From contig CAXXMV010000008.1 of NCBI GenBank assembly GCA_963662285.2, positions 288,001 to 352,000 on the forward strand: a stretch of 64,000 bases of DNA. The letters run 5' to 3'. Both the position numbers and the translations under genes were made by a program. The notes under the pieces are model-generated. The model did not search any database. It was not told the origin of the DNA and saw only the letters and a program-made list of their open reading frames with translations. The first letter of the stretch is position 1; every line of letters begins with the position of its first letter. The stretch is from a bacterium (GTDB lineage Bacteria; Hinthialibacterota; Hinthialibacteria; Hinthialibacterales; Hinthialibacteraceae). Positions 8,799 to 19,612 of the stretch are shown here, piece by piece.

Positions 8799-9902
8799 TC
8801 AACAGTTATATACAGTTTTCCGCCTACGTCCTTCAGCATCGGCGGCCATCATGGCGGAAAGGACCGCGTTGGTTGAAACGTCCGCCGCTTCCCGGTGAAT
8901 GAATTCCCCTTCGATGCAGGCGCGTTCGGCTGCAGGATGCAGTTCCTCCTGTGATGCATTTATAATCCCGATTTCTGCTAGCGTTGTCGGCAAACCAACC
9001 GATTCACAAAAGGTATACACCTCATCAATGACGGCTTTGGATTTATCGGTGAGAAACAGAGAGGTCAACACGCCAATCGTCACTTTCTCGCCATGATAGT
9101 AGTCGTGGGTCTGAGGCAGCGCCGTCAAGCCGTTATGCACGGAATGGGCTGTGGCCAGACCGCCGCTTTCGAATCCCAAGCCGCTAAGCAGGGTGTTGGC
9201 TTCCACGATATGTTCCAACGCTGGGGTAACCGCCCCCGCCTGGCAGGACGCTTTGGCTGCCACTCCGTATTCGAGCAGCGCGTCGTAGCACAACCGCGCC
9301 AAGGCGTAGGCGGTCATAGAGCCTTTACCGCCTGCTTCATTATTGGAAAACGACCGCTTGCAACTCTCCGCCTCGAACCAGGTAGCCAACGCATCTCCCA
9401 TGCCCGAAACCAGAAAACGAACCGGCGCCTTGACGATAATCTCTGTATCAACCAACACCAGATCAGGATTGCGGCGCGCAACGGTTGCATATTGCACAAC
9501 GCCCTCTTCGCTGTAAACCACAGCACAGGCGCTGCACGGCGCATCGGTTGAGGCAATCGTGGGAACAATGGCTACGGGGACGTTCAAGCGGTCTGCCGCG
9601 ATTTTACTGGTATCAATGGCCTTTCCACCGCCTACACCAACTACAAGGTCGCATCCACACTGTCGGCCTTTATCAATCAGCCGTTCAATCTCTTTCTCGC
9701 AACATTCACGGTTAAAGGATTCGGCTTCGATCTTCAAATTTCCAGAGGCTTGCGACTGAAAATCAGCCAACAGGTTTTCATAAGCGGAAGGAGTAAGGAT
9801 AGCCAATCCTTTTTTACCCAGGCGGGAGAGTTCATGCCCCAATTGGGAGAATGCCCTGTAACCTTGTACATAACGTCCTGGAAATATCGTTGTTGTAATC
9901 AT
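8799..9902 (-). CDS. gldA: Glycerol dehydrogenase
   Basis: PGRYVQG, GGGKAIDTSK, PTIASTDAPCS, GMGDALATWFEA, LSGLGFESGGLATAHSVHNGLT, HGEKV. Confidence 0.93.
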   Translation of the reverse strand: MITTTIFPGRYVQGYRAFSQLGHELSRLGKKGLAILTPSAYENLLADFQSQASGNLKIEAESFNRECCEKEIERLIDKGRQCGCDLVVGVGGGKAIDTSKIAADRLNVPVAIVPTIASTDAPCSACAVVYSEEGVVQYATVARRNPDLVLVDTEIIVKAPVRFLVSGMGDALATWFEAESCKRSFSNNEAGGKGSMTAYALARLCYDALLEYGVAAKASCQAGAVTPALEHIVEANTLLSGLGFESGGLATAHSVHNGLTALPQTHDYYHGEKVTIGVLTSLFLTDKSKAVIDEVYTFCESVGLPTTLAEIGIINASQEELHPAAERACIEGEFIHREAADVSTNAVLSAMMAADAEGRRRKTVYNC

Positions 9903-9949
9903 GATGCTTTCTCCCGTTTATTGATCTTAGAAGATAAAGGTGATGCTGC

Positions 9950-9998
9950 AATAAAAAGTCCAAAGCCCTGTGGATAATGGACTTTGGACTTTTTTATT
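9950..9998. terminator. Intrinsic terminator-like hairpin after the DUF1080 gene
   Basis: AAAAAGTCCAAAG...CTTTGGACTTTTT inverted repeat with A/T tails. Confidence 0.65.
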
Positions 9999-10023
9999 AA
10001 TACAAAAACACTTAACCGTAACT

Positions 10024-10689
10024 CTAAAGTTCTTTGATGCGGATGTTGCGCCATTTGACCCAGGCCGGACTATCGCCTTTGAAAGCGTGAACTTGCAGAC
10101 CGATGAATCCTGATTTGGTTACGGAATCGGTGATATCAGCTATCGGTTCGCCATTGATCCAGGTTTTAATTGAATCTCCCTGACAAATAACGCGGTATTG
10201 ATTCCATTCGCCTTTTTTGAAAGCGCTATTGGCTTTGTCTTGATCGCAATGTTCAATATCAATCCAACTGGCTCGCCTGGCTTCATCGTAAATCAAGCCG
10301 GAGTTTCCAGCGGCTGCGATTTCGACTTGATATCCATGCACCCGGCCATCCTTATATACCTTAAAACTGTTGCTGCGAATCTGCACGCCGGAATTCAAAC
10401 GGTCGTCGACCATTACCTCAAACACCAAATCGAAATCACCGTAATGTTTGGTGGTGCAGAGAAATGAGTTCGGGCTGCCTTCGGCGGTTGTTCCCAGGAT
10501 GGTTCCGTTATCAACCACATATTTAGCAGTTCCATTGATCTGCTGCCAGCCGTTTAAGGTTTCTCCGTCAAACAACGAAACCCAGCCTTCACCGACGCCA
10601 ACATCAGACTTGACTTCAGTTTCAACAGTCGTGCAGGAACATGCCATTAATACAATAACCGGTAATGATAATAATAAACTTTTCCGCAT
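10024..10689 (-). CDS. DUF1080 (3-keto-disaccharide hydrolase-like) lipoprotein
   Basis: WVSLFDGETLNGW, NSGVQIRS, GYQVEI, GEWNQY, GFIGLQVH, WRNIRIKEL; lipobox LMAC; GGAGG RBS supports the start at 10689. Confidence 0.9.
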   Translation of the reverse strand: MRKSLLLSLPVIVLMACSCTTVETEVKSDVGVGEGWVSLFDGETLNGWQQINGTAKYVVDNGTILGTTAEGSPNSFLCTTKHYGDFDLVFEVMVDDRLNSGVQIRSNSFKVYKDGRVHGYQVEIAAAGNSGLIYDEARRASWIDIEHCDQDKANSAFKKGEWNQYRVICQGDSIKTWINGEPIADITDSVTKSGFIGLQVHAFKGDSPAWVKWRNIRIKEL

Positions 10690-10752
10690 AATAACCTCCA
10701 TTTTTTCGCCGCAATATTTATTGAATTTTTATCAATCAAAACAGGCAAGACA

Positions 10753-13056
10753 TTAAAACTGTATAGCCCATTTCATCTCGCCCGTCTTATCGTTGTGAAT
10801 CAACGCCCTTAGTTCACCAGTAGGAGTTATAACGGACGCGGTGCGGTCGGATGTTGAAGAAGTGACTTCTTTTATTTCCCATTCTTCCGAACTTGGAACC
10901 GCAATCCTCAATTCATATACCTCGCCGCCCATGACCTGCGAAACGCCTGAAAGAACCTTGTTATAAGCATCCCAGTTAACTTCTTGTAAGTCAATGCCGC
11001 CCTGGGTAATATGACGCGAAGTGCTGATAACCTGGGGTTGATCCTGAACCAGCTGAAGAGCAATGATGCGGCATGAAGTCGGATTAAGTTTGAAATCTTT
11101 GGATGTTGAAAATGGTTCGATGTATTGATTTTCCCAGAAGTCGAATCCAACATAGTCGCCTTCCAGCCCCAATTTTTTCAAATCAACGCTGATGGTATCG
11201 GTGTAATCTTCATCCCAGTTGAATAATCCGACGATTTCCCGTTTGAGGTGCCCTTCCCCGATGGTTAAATGCCAAATCTGGGGAATCTCGCTTTCAAACA
11301 GGTCGATAGGACGCGCAGCGCCCTTATGGTTGGGCAAGGTGCGTTTTAGGACGTCTAATTTTTCGTCCGGTAGACCCGGCAGCCATTCGCTGACGACATT
11401 CATCTGTCCGGTGATGCCTATCATTGATCCCCAGGCGCGCGCTTGATCGAGAGTAAGCGGATCGCGCAGCATCAGACAATCTGGATCATTGTACCAAACC
11501 CGGCCATGATAGAAATAAAGGTTAGAACCAAGCGCGGCGCATGGAACTATCTTATCCCATGCAGCGCCGATATCCCTTCCAACCCGCATACCATCAACCA
11601 GACCGAATGATGCGCCCATGGTTCGCATGTTCTGTGCGATATTGCAGCCCAGCAGAAATACATCATCTCCAGCGGCGTCGCGCACGTTTTCCAGACCAAT
11701 GCGGTAAGCTTCGATCTGGGTTTTTGATGGATCATTAAGAATCGCTTCACCTAACTGATCTGGACGGTAATCGGGACTGGGATAGAGGATTTTGGTTCCC
11801 ATACCAGACCATAGGCCATCTAATTTCAGGTATTTGTATCCCCAATCATTGGTTATGCGGGAAATGATTTCCCTGATAAACTTGCGGGTTTCGGGATTGG
11901 TATTATCCAGGCAATAGCCTGCCCAATAGACTTTGTTGATCTCGTTATCTTTATTCTTAATAAACCAGTCAGGATGCTCGGCCAGTACGGGGCATTCATA
12001 ATCCCAGGCGAAAGGAATCAACCACAGTCCGGCGGTAAACCCGCTGTTGGTGATGTTGTCCGCCGTCTGCTTCATTCCTGAGGGATAGGGGCCATCCGGT
12101 TTATGAGTGGTAAAATCGCGCCGCTCGCTTTTTGTTGATATCTGCCAGAAATCATCGATCTGGATGAAGTCGAAACCATAATCAGCTAGATTTTCTTCGC
12201 AATATTTGGCCAGTTCCGCAGTACGTTTTTCATCAGAGGCTCCAGCGTGATACCATGTGCAATAGCCGCTGGGTACTGGAGGCAGCTCAATATTATAGAA
12301 TGTTGCGATGGCGTCGGCGTATGCTTCAAGTCCGTCTAATCCATCATCGAATAATCCGATTACGAAAATCTCGCCATGACAAACACTATCCTGTTCAATT
12401 CTCAGTTTACCGTATTGAGTTTCAGCCTTTATCGAAATTACCTCATCATTCATATCACTGGAGACTATGCCGGAACCCCGCGTATGACTGATGTAACCGC
12501 ATACCATAGCGTTGCGCGTTTCTGTATGAACCACGGAAAGGAATGAATATGAGGTGCGTTTTTCATCAATGGATTGTACGCCCTCGCAGCCAAATGCGCG
12601 TACGGCGTATTGCGGATAGTCAAATTTCAGGTTGCCGGAAAAAGCTGCCACCGATTCGACGACAGCCGTCTCTTGATATTTATTAGCCAGGCTTGTCTGG
12701 CAATACACAAATGGCAAATCCTCATATACCGCCAGAGTTTCCACCCGCCCGGAAATATCAATTATCTCGATAGCGTATCCCGCGCCGAATTGATCATAGT
12801 TCTTAACTATACGGGCTTTGCCGGAACCTTGGCGCTCAAACAACCTGCCATGATTGATGAACTGGTTGTCGCCTTTGGCGATAGAAAAAGTCTGGTAAGT
12901 TTCATCATACGAAACTTTGAGCATGCCATTGCTTATTTCAAAAATTCCATCTGAATCAGAATAAGAAATCTGGTTCTCATCGCTTTGCGCAAAAAGGCAA
13001 GCGCACAAAACCACCAATGACGCAAATACTGCTGTTTTTAGAAATACAGATTTCAC
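10753..13056 (-). CDS. Secreted GH36/GH27-like alpha-galactosidase
   Basis: Signal peptide; GYCTWY, IQIDDFWQ, GLWLIPF, YLKLDG, RVGRDI, NDPDCL. Confidence 0.8.
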   Translation of the reverse strand: MKSVFLKTAVFASLVVLCACLFAQSDENQISYSDSDGIFEISNGMLKVSYDETYQTFSIAKGDNQFINHGRLFERQGSGKARIVKNYDQFGAGYAIEIIDISGRVETLAVYEDLPFVYCQTSLANKYQETAVVESVAAFSGNLKFDYPQYAVRAFGCEGVQSIDEKRTSYSFLSVVHTETRNAMVCGYISHTRGSGIVSSDMNDEVISIKAETQYGKLRIEQDSVCHGEIFVIGLFDDGLDGLEAYADAIATFYNIELPPVPSGYCTWYHAGASDEKRTAELAKYCEENLADYGFDFIQIDDFWQISTKSERRDFTTHKPDGPYPSGMKQTADNITNSGFTAGLWLIPFAWDYECPVLAEHPDWFIKNKDNEINKVYWAGYCLDNTNPETRKFIREIISRITNDWGYKYLKLDGLWSGMGTKILYPSPDYRPDQLGEAILNDPSKTQIEAYRIGLENVRDAAGDDVFLLGCNIAQNMRTMGASFGLVDGMRVGRDIGAAWDKIVPCAALGSNLYFYHGRVWYNDPDCLMLRDPLTLDQARAWGSMIGITGQMNVVSEWLPGLPDEKLDVLKRTLPNHKGAARPIDLFESEIPQIWHLTIGEGHLKREIVGLFNWDEDYTDTISVDLKKLGLEGDYVGFDFWENQYIEPFSTSKDFKLNPTSCRIIALQLVQDQPQVISTSRHITQGGIDLQEVNWDAYNKVLSGVSQVMGGEVYELRIAVPSSEEWEIKEVTSSTSDRTASVITPTGELRALIHNDKTGEMKWAIQF

Positions 13057-13130
13057 TCTTTATTCTCCCATGATTATATATTAATGTGTCACTTCATTTT
13101 ACGATTAGAGTGGTTTTCATAATACCCGCT

Positions 13131-14381
13131 CTAGTTAATTTTTTTTAGAACGCATTGTTCTATGTCTTTGGCTTTTTCCATCAATGCGGCGCTTTCATCT
13201 TTCAATTCCTCATGCTCGCGGATATAAGCGGTAAGCGCATCGCCCAGAGTAACTTCAGTAGATAAAGAAGTATTGCGGCGCTGGTTAACAGCGTCACGCG
13301 GGATGCGGATGAATCCGGCTTTGTGGTGCGCCGGTCTCAACGCTTCATGGATGCGTTTCATATCTATAGATTGTATCTCTTTATCATCAGCCAGAAATCT
13401 CACCCGGACGACGGCGCCCTCAATATCTTCCGCTTCGATCTCTTCGATGATAGCTTCAGTAATGTCTTCGCCCGCTTCGGTTTGCACGGAAATTTCGATG
13501 AAATCGCGTACCTTAACTGGTATAAACTCTACATCTGAATGACCGCGTTTGATGCTGGCTATAACTGCGCCCTTCACTTCATCGGCTTCACCAAAATCCA
13601 CCCGGTCAATGCTGCCGGGATATACTACCGGGACGTCTTCATTGGAAGACAGGTTCTGGTAATGATGGATGTGACCCAGCGCGACATAATCGTAACCGGC
13701 GTTAGCCAGGTTGGCCGCAGTAATTGTGATATCATCGGTCATCAGCAGGGTTCCCCGGTAGCCGCCGACTTTAGCGCCATGCACTGTCAGGTGTGTAACC
13801 AGCATACGGGGCATATCTTTATCAACATCTTTCAACATTGATTCAACCGTATTGTTGATAAAGCCTTCGCATTGCTCCAGGAACTCTTCACGATCTAAAT
13901 CTTTAAACCCTTCGATGTTGCGCAGAAAGCTTGGGCTGATATAGGGAAGACAGCAGACCGCGATAGGACCGTTTTTGGTTTCTATAATAAGCGGCGTCAT
14001 AGTGGGCCGATTAACGAATACATGTATCTTGTCGGGACGCAGAGAACGAAAAATATCCACCGCTGAGGCCTTGCCATGCATTACGGGAATATCGTGGTTG
14101 CCGGATATCATCACCACAGGGATATCATGATCGACAAGACGGCAGAAATGCTTCACCAATTCACGCTGCTGAGTAGGAGATGGATTATTACGCTTGTATG
14201 CGTCACCAGCGAAAACGGCCATATCGACATTACGTTCAATTGCTATATCGATAGCCTGCTCCATACTGCGTGAAAAATCTTCCAACCGCGTATTAAGACC
14301 TGTTTTGGCATTGGTGATTCCATAAGTTTCTACCCCGAAATGCAGGTCAGCTAAATGTAGACAGGTGATGGCATCACTCAC
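13131..14381 (-). CDS. sbcD: SbcD/Mre11 family nuclease subunit
   Basis: HLADLHFG, FAGDAY, GNHD, THL, YVALGHIH, YPGSIDRVDFGE. Confidence 0.9.
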   Translation of the reverse strand: MSDAITCLHLADLHFGVETYGITNAKTGLNTRLEDFSRSMEQAIDIAIERNVDMAVFAGDAYKRNNPSPTQQRELVKHFCRLVDHDIPVVMISGNHDIPVMHGKASAVDIFRSLRPDKIHVFVNRPTMTPLIIETKNGPIAVCCLPYISPSFLRNIEGFKDLDREEFLEQCEGFINNTVESMLKDVDKDMPRMLVTHLTVHGAKVGGYRGTLLMTDDITITAANLANAGYDYVALGHIHHYQNLSSNEDVPVVYPGSIDRVDFGEADEVKGAVIASIKRGHSDVEFIPVKVRDFIEISVQTEAGEDITEAIIEEIEAEDIEGAVVRVRFLADDKEIQSIDMKRIHEALRPAHHKAGFIRIPRDAVNQRRNTSLSTEVTLGDALTAYIREHEELKDESAALMEKAKDIEQCVLKKIN

Positions 14382-14486
14382 GTTATTATTCCCCGAAATA
14401 TATTTTTATGATTCACAGGCAGAGACAGCGCCTGAATCGCTACTACAATGATACTCATATCATTGAATATAGGCCATAGTTGAAAC

Positions 14487-15476
14487 ATGCAAAACCAACG
14501 ATCTTTTCATCTTACCGCAACGCTGTCTCTCGCCATCTCAATTTTATTATGGGCGACGATTCCGCTGTTTTTACGTTCATTCATCCTTGAATTAGATGGC
14601 TGGACTGCCAATGGCTCACGCTATGGTTTCGCAGCATTATTGTGGATCATCCCCCTCATTGTGTTCATGAGACGAGGCATGGTGGATCGCAAGTTATTTT
14701 ATTACGCCATCATTCCTTCACTAGTAAACATGGTTGCCCAGACCTTCTGGGCGTGGACGGTATATTATCTGGAACCGGGCATGGTAATGTTTTTATCACG
14801 CCTGTCGCTGGTATTTACTGTTTTGGCTTCTTTCGCATTATTCCCCGATGAGCGGGCCTTGATACGTTCGCCTTATTTCTGGATGGGCATACTTTTTCTA
14901 GTTATGGGATTCATTGGCATGAATATCATGCGGGGAAACTTAAGCGCAACTGAATCATGGATGGGGCTGTTTATTATTATCGGTAACGCTATTTTTCTGG
15001 GTTTATATGGAGTATCAGTGCGCTGCTGGATGCGGGGCGTCAAGCCCTGGATATCCTTCCCCATAATATGCATCTACACAGCAATAGGCCTGGTTATCCT
15101 GATGATAATGTTCGGCGAACCCTCCGATTTACTGGACATGCAGTCCCACCGCATCGTCGTTCTGATTATCTCTTCTATCGTTGGCATCGCGCTGGCGCAT
15201 GTTTTTATCTATTACTCCATCGAACACCTGGGCGTATCCATCAGCAGCGGCTGTCAGTTGGTACTGCCCTTCATGACTACCATCGGTTCATATTTCATAT
15301 ACGGCGAGATATTTTCCAGCGGCCAATGGATATGCGGCATCGGCCTGTTATTCGGCGCAGCCCTGTTGCTAATGGCGCAAAGACACCTCGGAGAACCAGC
15401 CGATGCAGTACCGGTTTGCGAAGTACCTGAGATTGAAGAATTCACCTCTTCATTTAAGCAGAAATCAGAGGACTGA
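14487..15476 (+). CDS. DMT/EamA family transporter
   Basis: About 10 hydrophobic helices in two EamA-like repeats. Confidence 0.85.
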   Translation: MQNQRSFHLTATLSLAISILLWATIPLFLRSFILELDGWTANGSRYGFAALLWIIPLIVFMRRGMVDRKLFYYAIIPSLVNMVAQTFWAWTVYYLEPGMVMFLSRLSLVFTVLASFALFPDERALIRSPYFWMGILFLVMGFIGMNIMRGNLSATESWMGLFIIIGNAIFLGLYGVSVRCWMRGVKPWISFPIICIYTAIGLVILMIMFGEPSDLLDMQSHRIVVLIISSIVGIALAHVFIYYSIEHLGVSISSGCQLVLPFMTTIGSYFIYGEIFSSGQWICGIGLLFGAALLLMAQRHLGEPADAVPVCEVPEIEEFTSSFKQKSED

Positions 15477-15484
15477 TATCATGC

Positions 15485-16729
15485 TTAATCCAACTCGACG
15501 CTTTTATCGTTTTTCGAATAACCATAATGCTGTAGAAGATCGTAGACATCAATAATATTACCAATTTTATCTAAATGACCTTTGATGGAAACGACTTTTA
15601 ACTTATGCACTAAACGATCTGGCGCAAAGGCGCGTATGGATTTTGGAATATTATAGGGATTCTCTTTTAATCCTTTTTTCAGGATTTGCACCTTATCAAA
15701 TTCAATGGGAACATTATCCAATTCAACAATCTGCACCAGGCGTTTCTCCGTGAATTTCGCTACTGTTCCAACAGGAAAAGGGGCAACCCGGTGATTAAGG
15801 CATTTGATGGATTTCTCATCATACTTTTTACCTGCTTCCGCGTTCAATTCCCATAAGGCATCTACAGGATTATATGATAAACGGAAGAAGCGCTTGCAAA
15901 TCATACTGGAAAAAGAATCTACCACATTTAGCAAATGAGTATACGGTTCAAATTTGTGGGCGCGCAACTTAGCGGGATATCCGCTTCCGTCGCATCGCTC
16001 ATGATGCTGCCGGACTACATTAACTGTTATAAAATTTTTCTGCGTATAAAGATCGTCTACAAACAGGGCGCTTGCTTCAGGATGCTGGTGAATGATATCA
16101 AGGTCTTTGGCGCTCAATTCTGTTTGTTTTTTAATGATGCGGGAGGGAACCTTCATCATGCCAATATCAGCGAATATTCCGGCAATGGCCAATTTATGTA
16201 TGTCCGCCAAATGCTGCTTGCTATCCTTAAAATAATCCCATGCGGTCACCAGGCATAAGAAGCCAACGTTCTTGGCATGTTCATACAGGTAATCTTCCAA
16301 TGATCCTATAGTTCTTAAATGAAGCACTGATTGAAGCGTTCGCCGGGGAGGAGAGTCATCGGAAGGATTCTCTCTTCGCGTGATTACCCGGAACTCATTA
16401 TATGACTGAGCAAGAATATCATAGGCTTCTTTACGAATATCAATTGGATTTTCTATAGAATCCTTTTTATAACCGATAAAAGTACTACGAATCAAACGAA
16501 ATAGAGCATTCTCAGTCTCTTCGGAAAAGGTATAAGGCGGCGGCGCCTGAGTTTCATAGGGAAGAGGAAAATCGAGATATTCAACTTTATTCTGAACCAA
16601 AAGTTCCTTGACTCTGCTGGTCAGCGGAGCGCCTCTTTTCACAAGCAGGCGCGATTTTTTCTCATCCATAAAAATATCACACGGACTTACCAAATCCGGC
16701 AGACACATGTCTAGGGATAACCTGACCAT
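15485..16729 (-). CDS. HD-GYP domain protein with degenerate HD motif
   Basis: QHHERCDGSGYP; FADIG where HDIG is expected; C-terminal PFPVGT. Confidence 0.85.
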   Translation of the reverse strand: MVRLSLDMCLPDLVSPCDIFMDEKKSRLLVKRGAPLTSRVKELLVQNKVEYLDFPLPYETQAPPPYTFSEETENALFRLIRSTFIGYKKDSIENPIDIRKEAYDILAQSYNEFRVITRRENPSDDSPPRRTLQSVLHLRTIGSLEDYLYEHAKNVGFLCLVTAWDYFKDSKQHLADIHKLAIAGIFADIGMMKVPSRIIKKQTELSAKDLDIIHQHPEASALFVDDLYTQKNFITVNVVRQHHERCDGSGYPAKLRAHKFEPYTHLLNVVDSFSSMICKRFFRLSYNPVDALWELNAEAGKKYDEKSIKCLNHRVAPFPVGTVAKFTEKRLVQIVELDNVPIEFDKVQILKKGLKENPYNIPKSIRAFAPDRLVHKLKVVSIKGHLDKIGNIIDVYDLLQHYGYSKNDKSVELD

Positions 16730-16760
16730 ACCATTTCTCCCAATGCAAAATCATGAACGA

Positions 16761-17615
16761 CTAACTTGACGCAATAACTTCCTGCCTCTGGCTGCCCAGA
16801 CCTTCAACGCCTAGTTCAACCACATCACCCGGTTTGAGAAATACCTGTGGATTACGACCCATACCCACTCCGGGAGGCGTTCCAGTACTTATGACGTCTC
16901 CAGGCGCCAGAGTCATGAACTGGCTCAGGTAACTGAGTAGAAACGTAACGTTAAATATCATATTACTGGTGCTGCCGGTCTGCATCCTCTCGCCATTCAC
17001 ATCCAGATGCATAGCCAGATTCTGTACGTCGTCTATTTCATCGGGAGTAACCAGGTACGGTCCCAGAGGCGCGAAGGTGTCATGGCTCTTCCCTTTGACC
17101 CATTGACCGCAATGGTCTTTCTGAAACTCGCGCTCGCTGACGTCATTCATCACGCAATAACCCGCGATGTATGACATGGCATCGGACTGCTCAACATATT
17201 TAGCCCGCTTGCCAATCACGAAAGCGAGTTCTACTTCCCAATCAGTCTGAGTTGATTTACGCGGTATCTCTATATTATCGTATGGTCCATTCAATGCCGT
17301 TACAGATTTCGAGAACAACAATGGCTCCGTCGGAACTTGCGCGCCGGATTCTTTAGCATGGTCGGAATAATTTAAACCTATGCAGAGAATCTTACCGGGC
17401 CTGGCTATCGGAGACCCCATTCGAACTGAGGTAGGATAAGTCGCCAATGAGTCTGCATTCTGCTGCAACCAGGCGGTCAGTGTACTAATGCCATTCAGTT
17501 CAAAAAAGCGGGGATCAAAATCATCTGTAAAAGATGAAACATCAATAATATCGCCGCTTGATGATATAACGCCGGGTGACTCTTGGTTTGGATCGCCAAA
17601 ACGAACGAGTTTCAT
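16761..17615 (-). CDS. Fumarylacetoacetate hydrolase family protein
   Basis: MKLVRFG start, KILCIGLNYSDH, DWEVEL, NDVSER, KGKSHDTFAPLGP, GDVISTGTPPGVG. Confidence 0.93.
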   Translation of the reverse strand: MKLVRFGDPNQESPGVISSSGDIIDVSSFTDDFDPRFFELNGISTLTAWLQQNADSLATYPTSVRMGSPIARPGKILCIGLNYSDHAKESGAQVPTEPLLFSKSVTALNGPYDNIEIPRKSTQTDWEVELAFVIGKRAKYVEQSDAMSYIAGYCVMNDVSEREFQKDHCGQWVKGKSHDTFAPLGPYLVTPDEIDDVQNLAMHLDVNGERMQTGSTSNMIFNVTFLLSYLSQFMTLAPGDVISTGTPPGVGMGRNPQVFLKPGDVVELGVEGLGSQRQEVIASS

Positions 17616-17723
17616 AACTGTCTCCAATTAGATTCTTTCGCATTAATTTTGATGAATACAAGGGATGAAAGAAAATATGTTTGAATAGTATACTTAGGAT
17701 AATTCATTAAATAAAAGGTTATA

Positions 17724-19490
17724 ATGGCAAGGTCGAAAAAAAGCGTAATAGAAAATTTAACCGGCATGGGTTGGGATAAAAGTATGGCCAACCTGGCTTA
17801 CAACCAATGGGGCGTATCAGCGCTTGAGGTTTTACAACAAGACCCTTTCGCCGCACTATTTATAAACCGTCAACTAAAATGGCGCGACCTGGATGTAGTC
17901 GCTCAGAAAATCGGTTTCCAGGAATTTTCTATTGAACGGATTATCGGTGGAATCCGGTACGCTCTCATTACTTCCATTAATGATGGTCACGTATTCCTGC
18001 CGCTGATCGAACTGAAACAAAGAACGTCGCAATTACTTCGTCTAGAAAATGAAGGCAATTGGCTTGAAGCCATGGAAATAATGCTGAACAAGCGCGAAAT
18101 CATTGATCGCAGCATATCTCCATCAGTTCAAGATAATGTATATCTACGCGACCTCTATACAGCGGAAAAGAACATCGCCAAACATCTGGCCAAAATGCAT
18201 TCTACGCCCTCGCGTTTGTCATTGAATGAGCCTTCTATGGCGGAGTTAGATGAAATTGAGCGGGATATTAAAGTTAAATTGGCGCCGACTCAAAAAGACG
18301 CCATCAGAGCATCTCTCTCCAATAAACTTACCATAATCACCGGCGGTCCGGGCACGGGCAAAACCACCATCGTCCGGGGCATACTCAAATTATGGAAACG
18401 ACACGGCGCCCGGATCAAACTGGCCGCGCCGACGGGACGCGCCGCCAAACGGCTTTCGGAAAGCACTGGCCGCAAAGCGTTCACCATTCACCGTCTGCTG
18501 GAATACAATCCCGACACTGAAGGATTCATGCGCGATTCGCATAAACCACTACGCGCTGATTTGATGATCGTCGATGAATCATCGATGATAGATACAGAAT
18601 TGATGGCATCCCTGCTGGACGCCCTGCCGCCATCGTGCAGCCTGCTGCTGGTGGGAGACGTTGATCAACTGCCTGCGGTCGGGCCGGGATTCGTGCTGCA
18701 TGATATGATCAAAACCGGCCTGCTATGCACCATATCTCTAAAAGAAATCTATCGTCAACAGGAAGGCAGCCTGATCTCTTCCAACGCCCAGCGCATTAAT
18801 CAAGGCCAATTTCCTGAACTGGAAAACGGCGGCATCGAAGCTGGTCAGGATTTTTTCTTTGTGCAGCGTTCATCCCCGCTTGATACGCGGGACGCCATCA
18901 CCGAAATGGTTACCAACCGGATTCCCAAGCAGTTCGGCTTGAATCCTAAAGAAGACATCCAGGTTCTGTGCCCCATGATCAAACGCGATGTGGGCGTCGA
19001 GTCGATGAACGACGCCTTGCAGGAATCATTGAATCCATGCCCCGGAAAATTCAAGGCGCCGTTCTATTCCATGTCGTTGGGCGACAAGATCATGCAGACC
19101 AAGAACGACTACCAGAAGGATGTATTCAACGGCGATATCGGTTATGTCACCGACATCTTTAAGAAAGAGAAAGGAGTAGATATTAATTTCGAGGGGCGCA
19201 CCATCCATTATGAATGGAACGAACTGGTCAACACCACCCTGGCTTACGCTGTAACGGTGCATAAATCCCAGGGCAGCGAATACCCGGCGGTTGTAATACC
19301 CATCGTGAAGCAACACTACCCAATGCTGCAACGCAACCTGTTATACACCGCAGTAAGCCGGGGCAAGCAACTGGTGGTTATCATCGGCGAGCATAGCGCC
19401 CTGGAAATCGCCATCAGCAACAACAGAATCCGCACCCGCTACACCGGCCTGCAACAGATGATCCAGGACGCATTCGCAGGAATCAAATAG
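17724..19490 (+). CDS. recD2: RecD2-like SF1B helicase, N-terminally short
   Basis: TGGPGTGKT, LAAPTGRAAKRL, VDESSM, LVGDVDQLP, GDKIMQTKNDY, LAYAVTVHKSQGSEY. Confidence 0.9.
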   Translation: MARSKKSVIENLTGMGWDKSMANLAYNQWGVSALEVLQQDPFAALFINRQLKWRDLDVVAQKIGFQEFSIERIIGGIRYALITSINDGHVFLPLIELKQRTSQLLRLENEGNWLEAMEIMLNKREIIDRSISPSVQDNVYLRDLYTAEKNIAKHLAKMHSTPSRLSLNEPSMAELDEIERDIKVKLAPTQKDAIRASLSNKLTIITGGPGTGKTTIVRGILKLWKRHGARIKLAAPTGRAAKRLSESTGRKAFTIHRLLEYNPDTEGFMRDSHKPLRADLMIVDESSMIDTELMASLLDALPPSCSLLLVGDVDQLPAVGPGFVLHDMIKTGLLCTISLKEIYRQQEGSLISSNAQRINQGQFPELENGGIEAGQDFFFVQRSSPLDTRDAITEMVTNRIPKQFGLNPKEDIQVLCPMIKRDVGVESMNDALQESLNPCPGKFKAPFYSMSLGDKIMQTKNDYQKDVFNGDIGYVTDIFKKEKGVDINFEGRTIHYEWNELVNTTLAYAVTVHKSQGSEYPAVVIPIVKQHYPMLQRNLLYTAVSRGKQLVVIIGEHSALEIAISNNRIRTRYTGLQQMIQDAFAGIK

Positions 19491-19612
19491 AATAATTTCA
19501 ATTCCTTTTTCTGATAATAATTGACACGCTCTTTTTAACGCACTGCGCCATAACAACTCAACGCCCATAATTCCAATCACCATAACACACTCACATTTCT
19601 AAACTTATAAAT

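Noticed and set aside
8691-8876. 61-aa ORF containing NPGYPANPGY
   Set aside because: It is the translation of the palindromic repeat arm and overlaps the gldA 3' end
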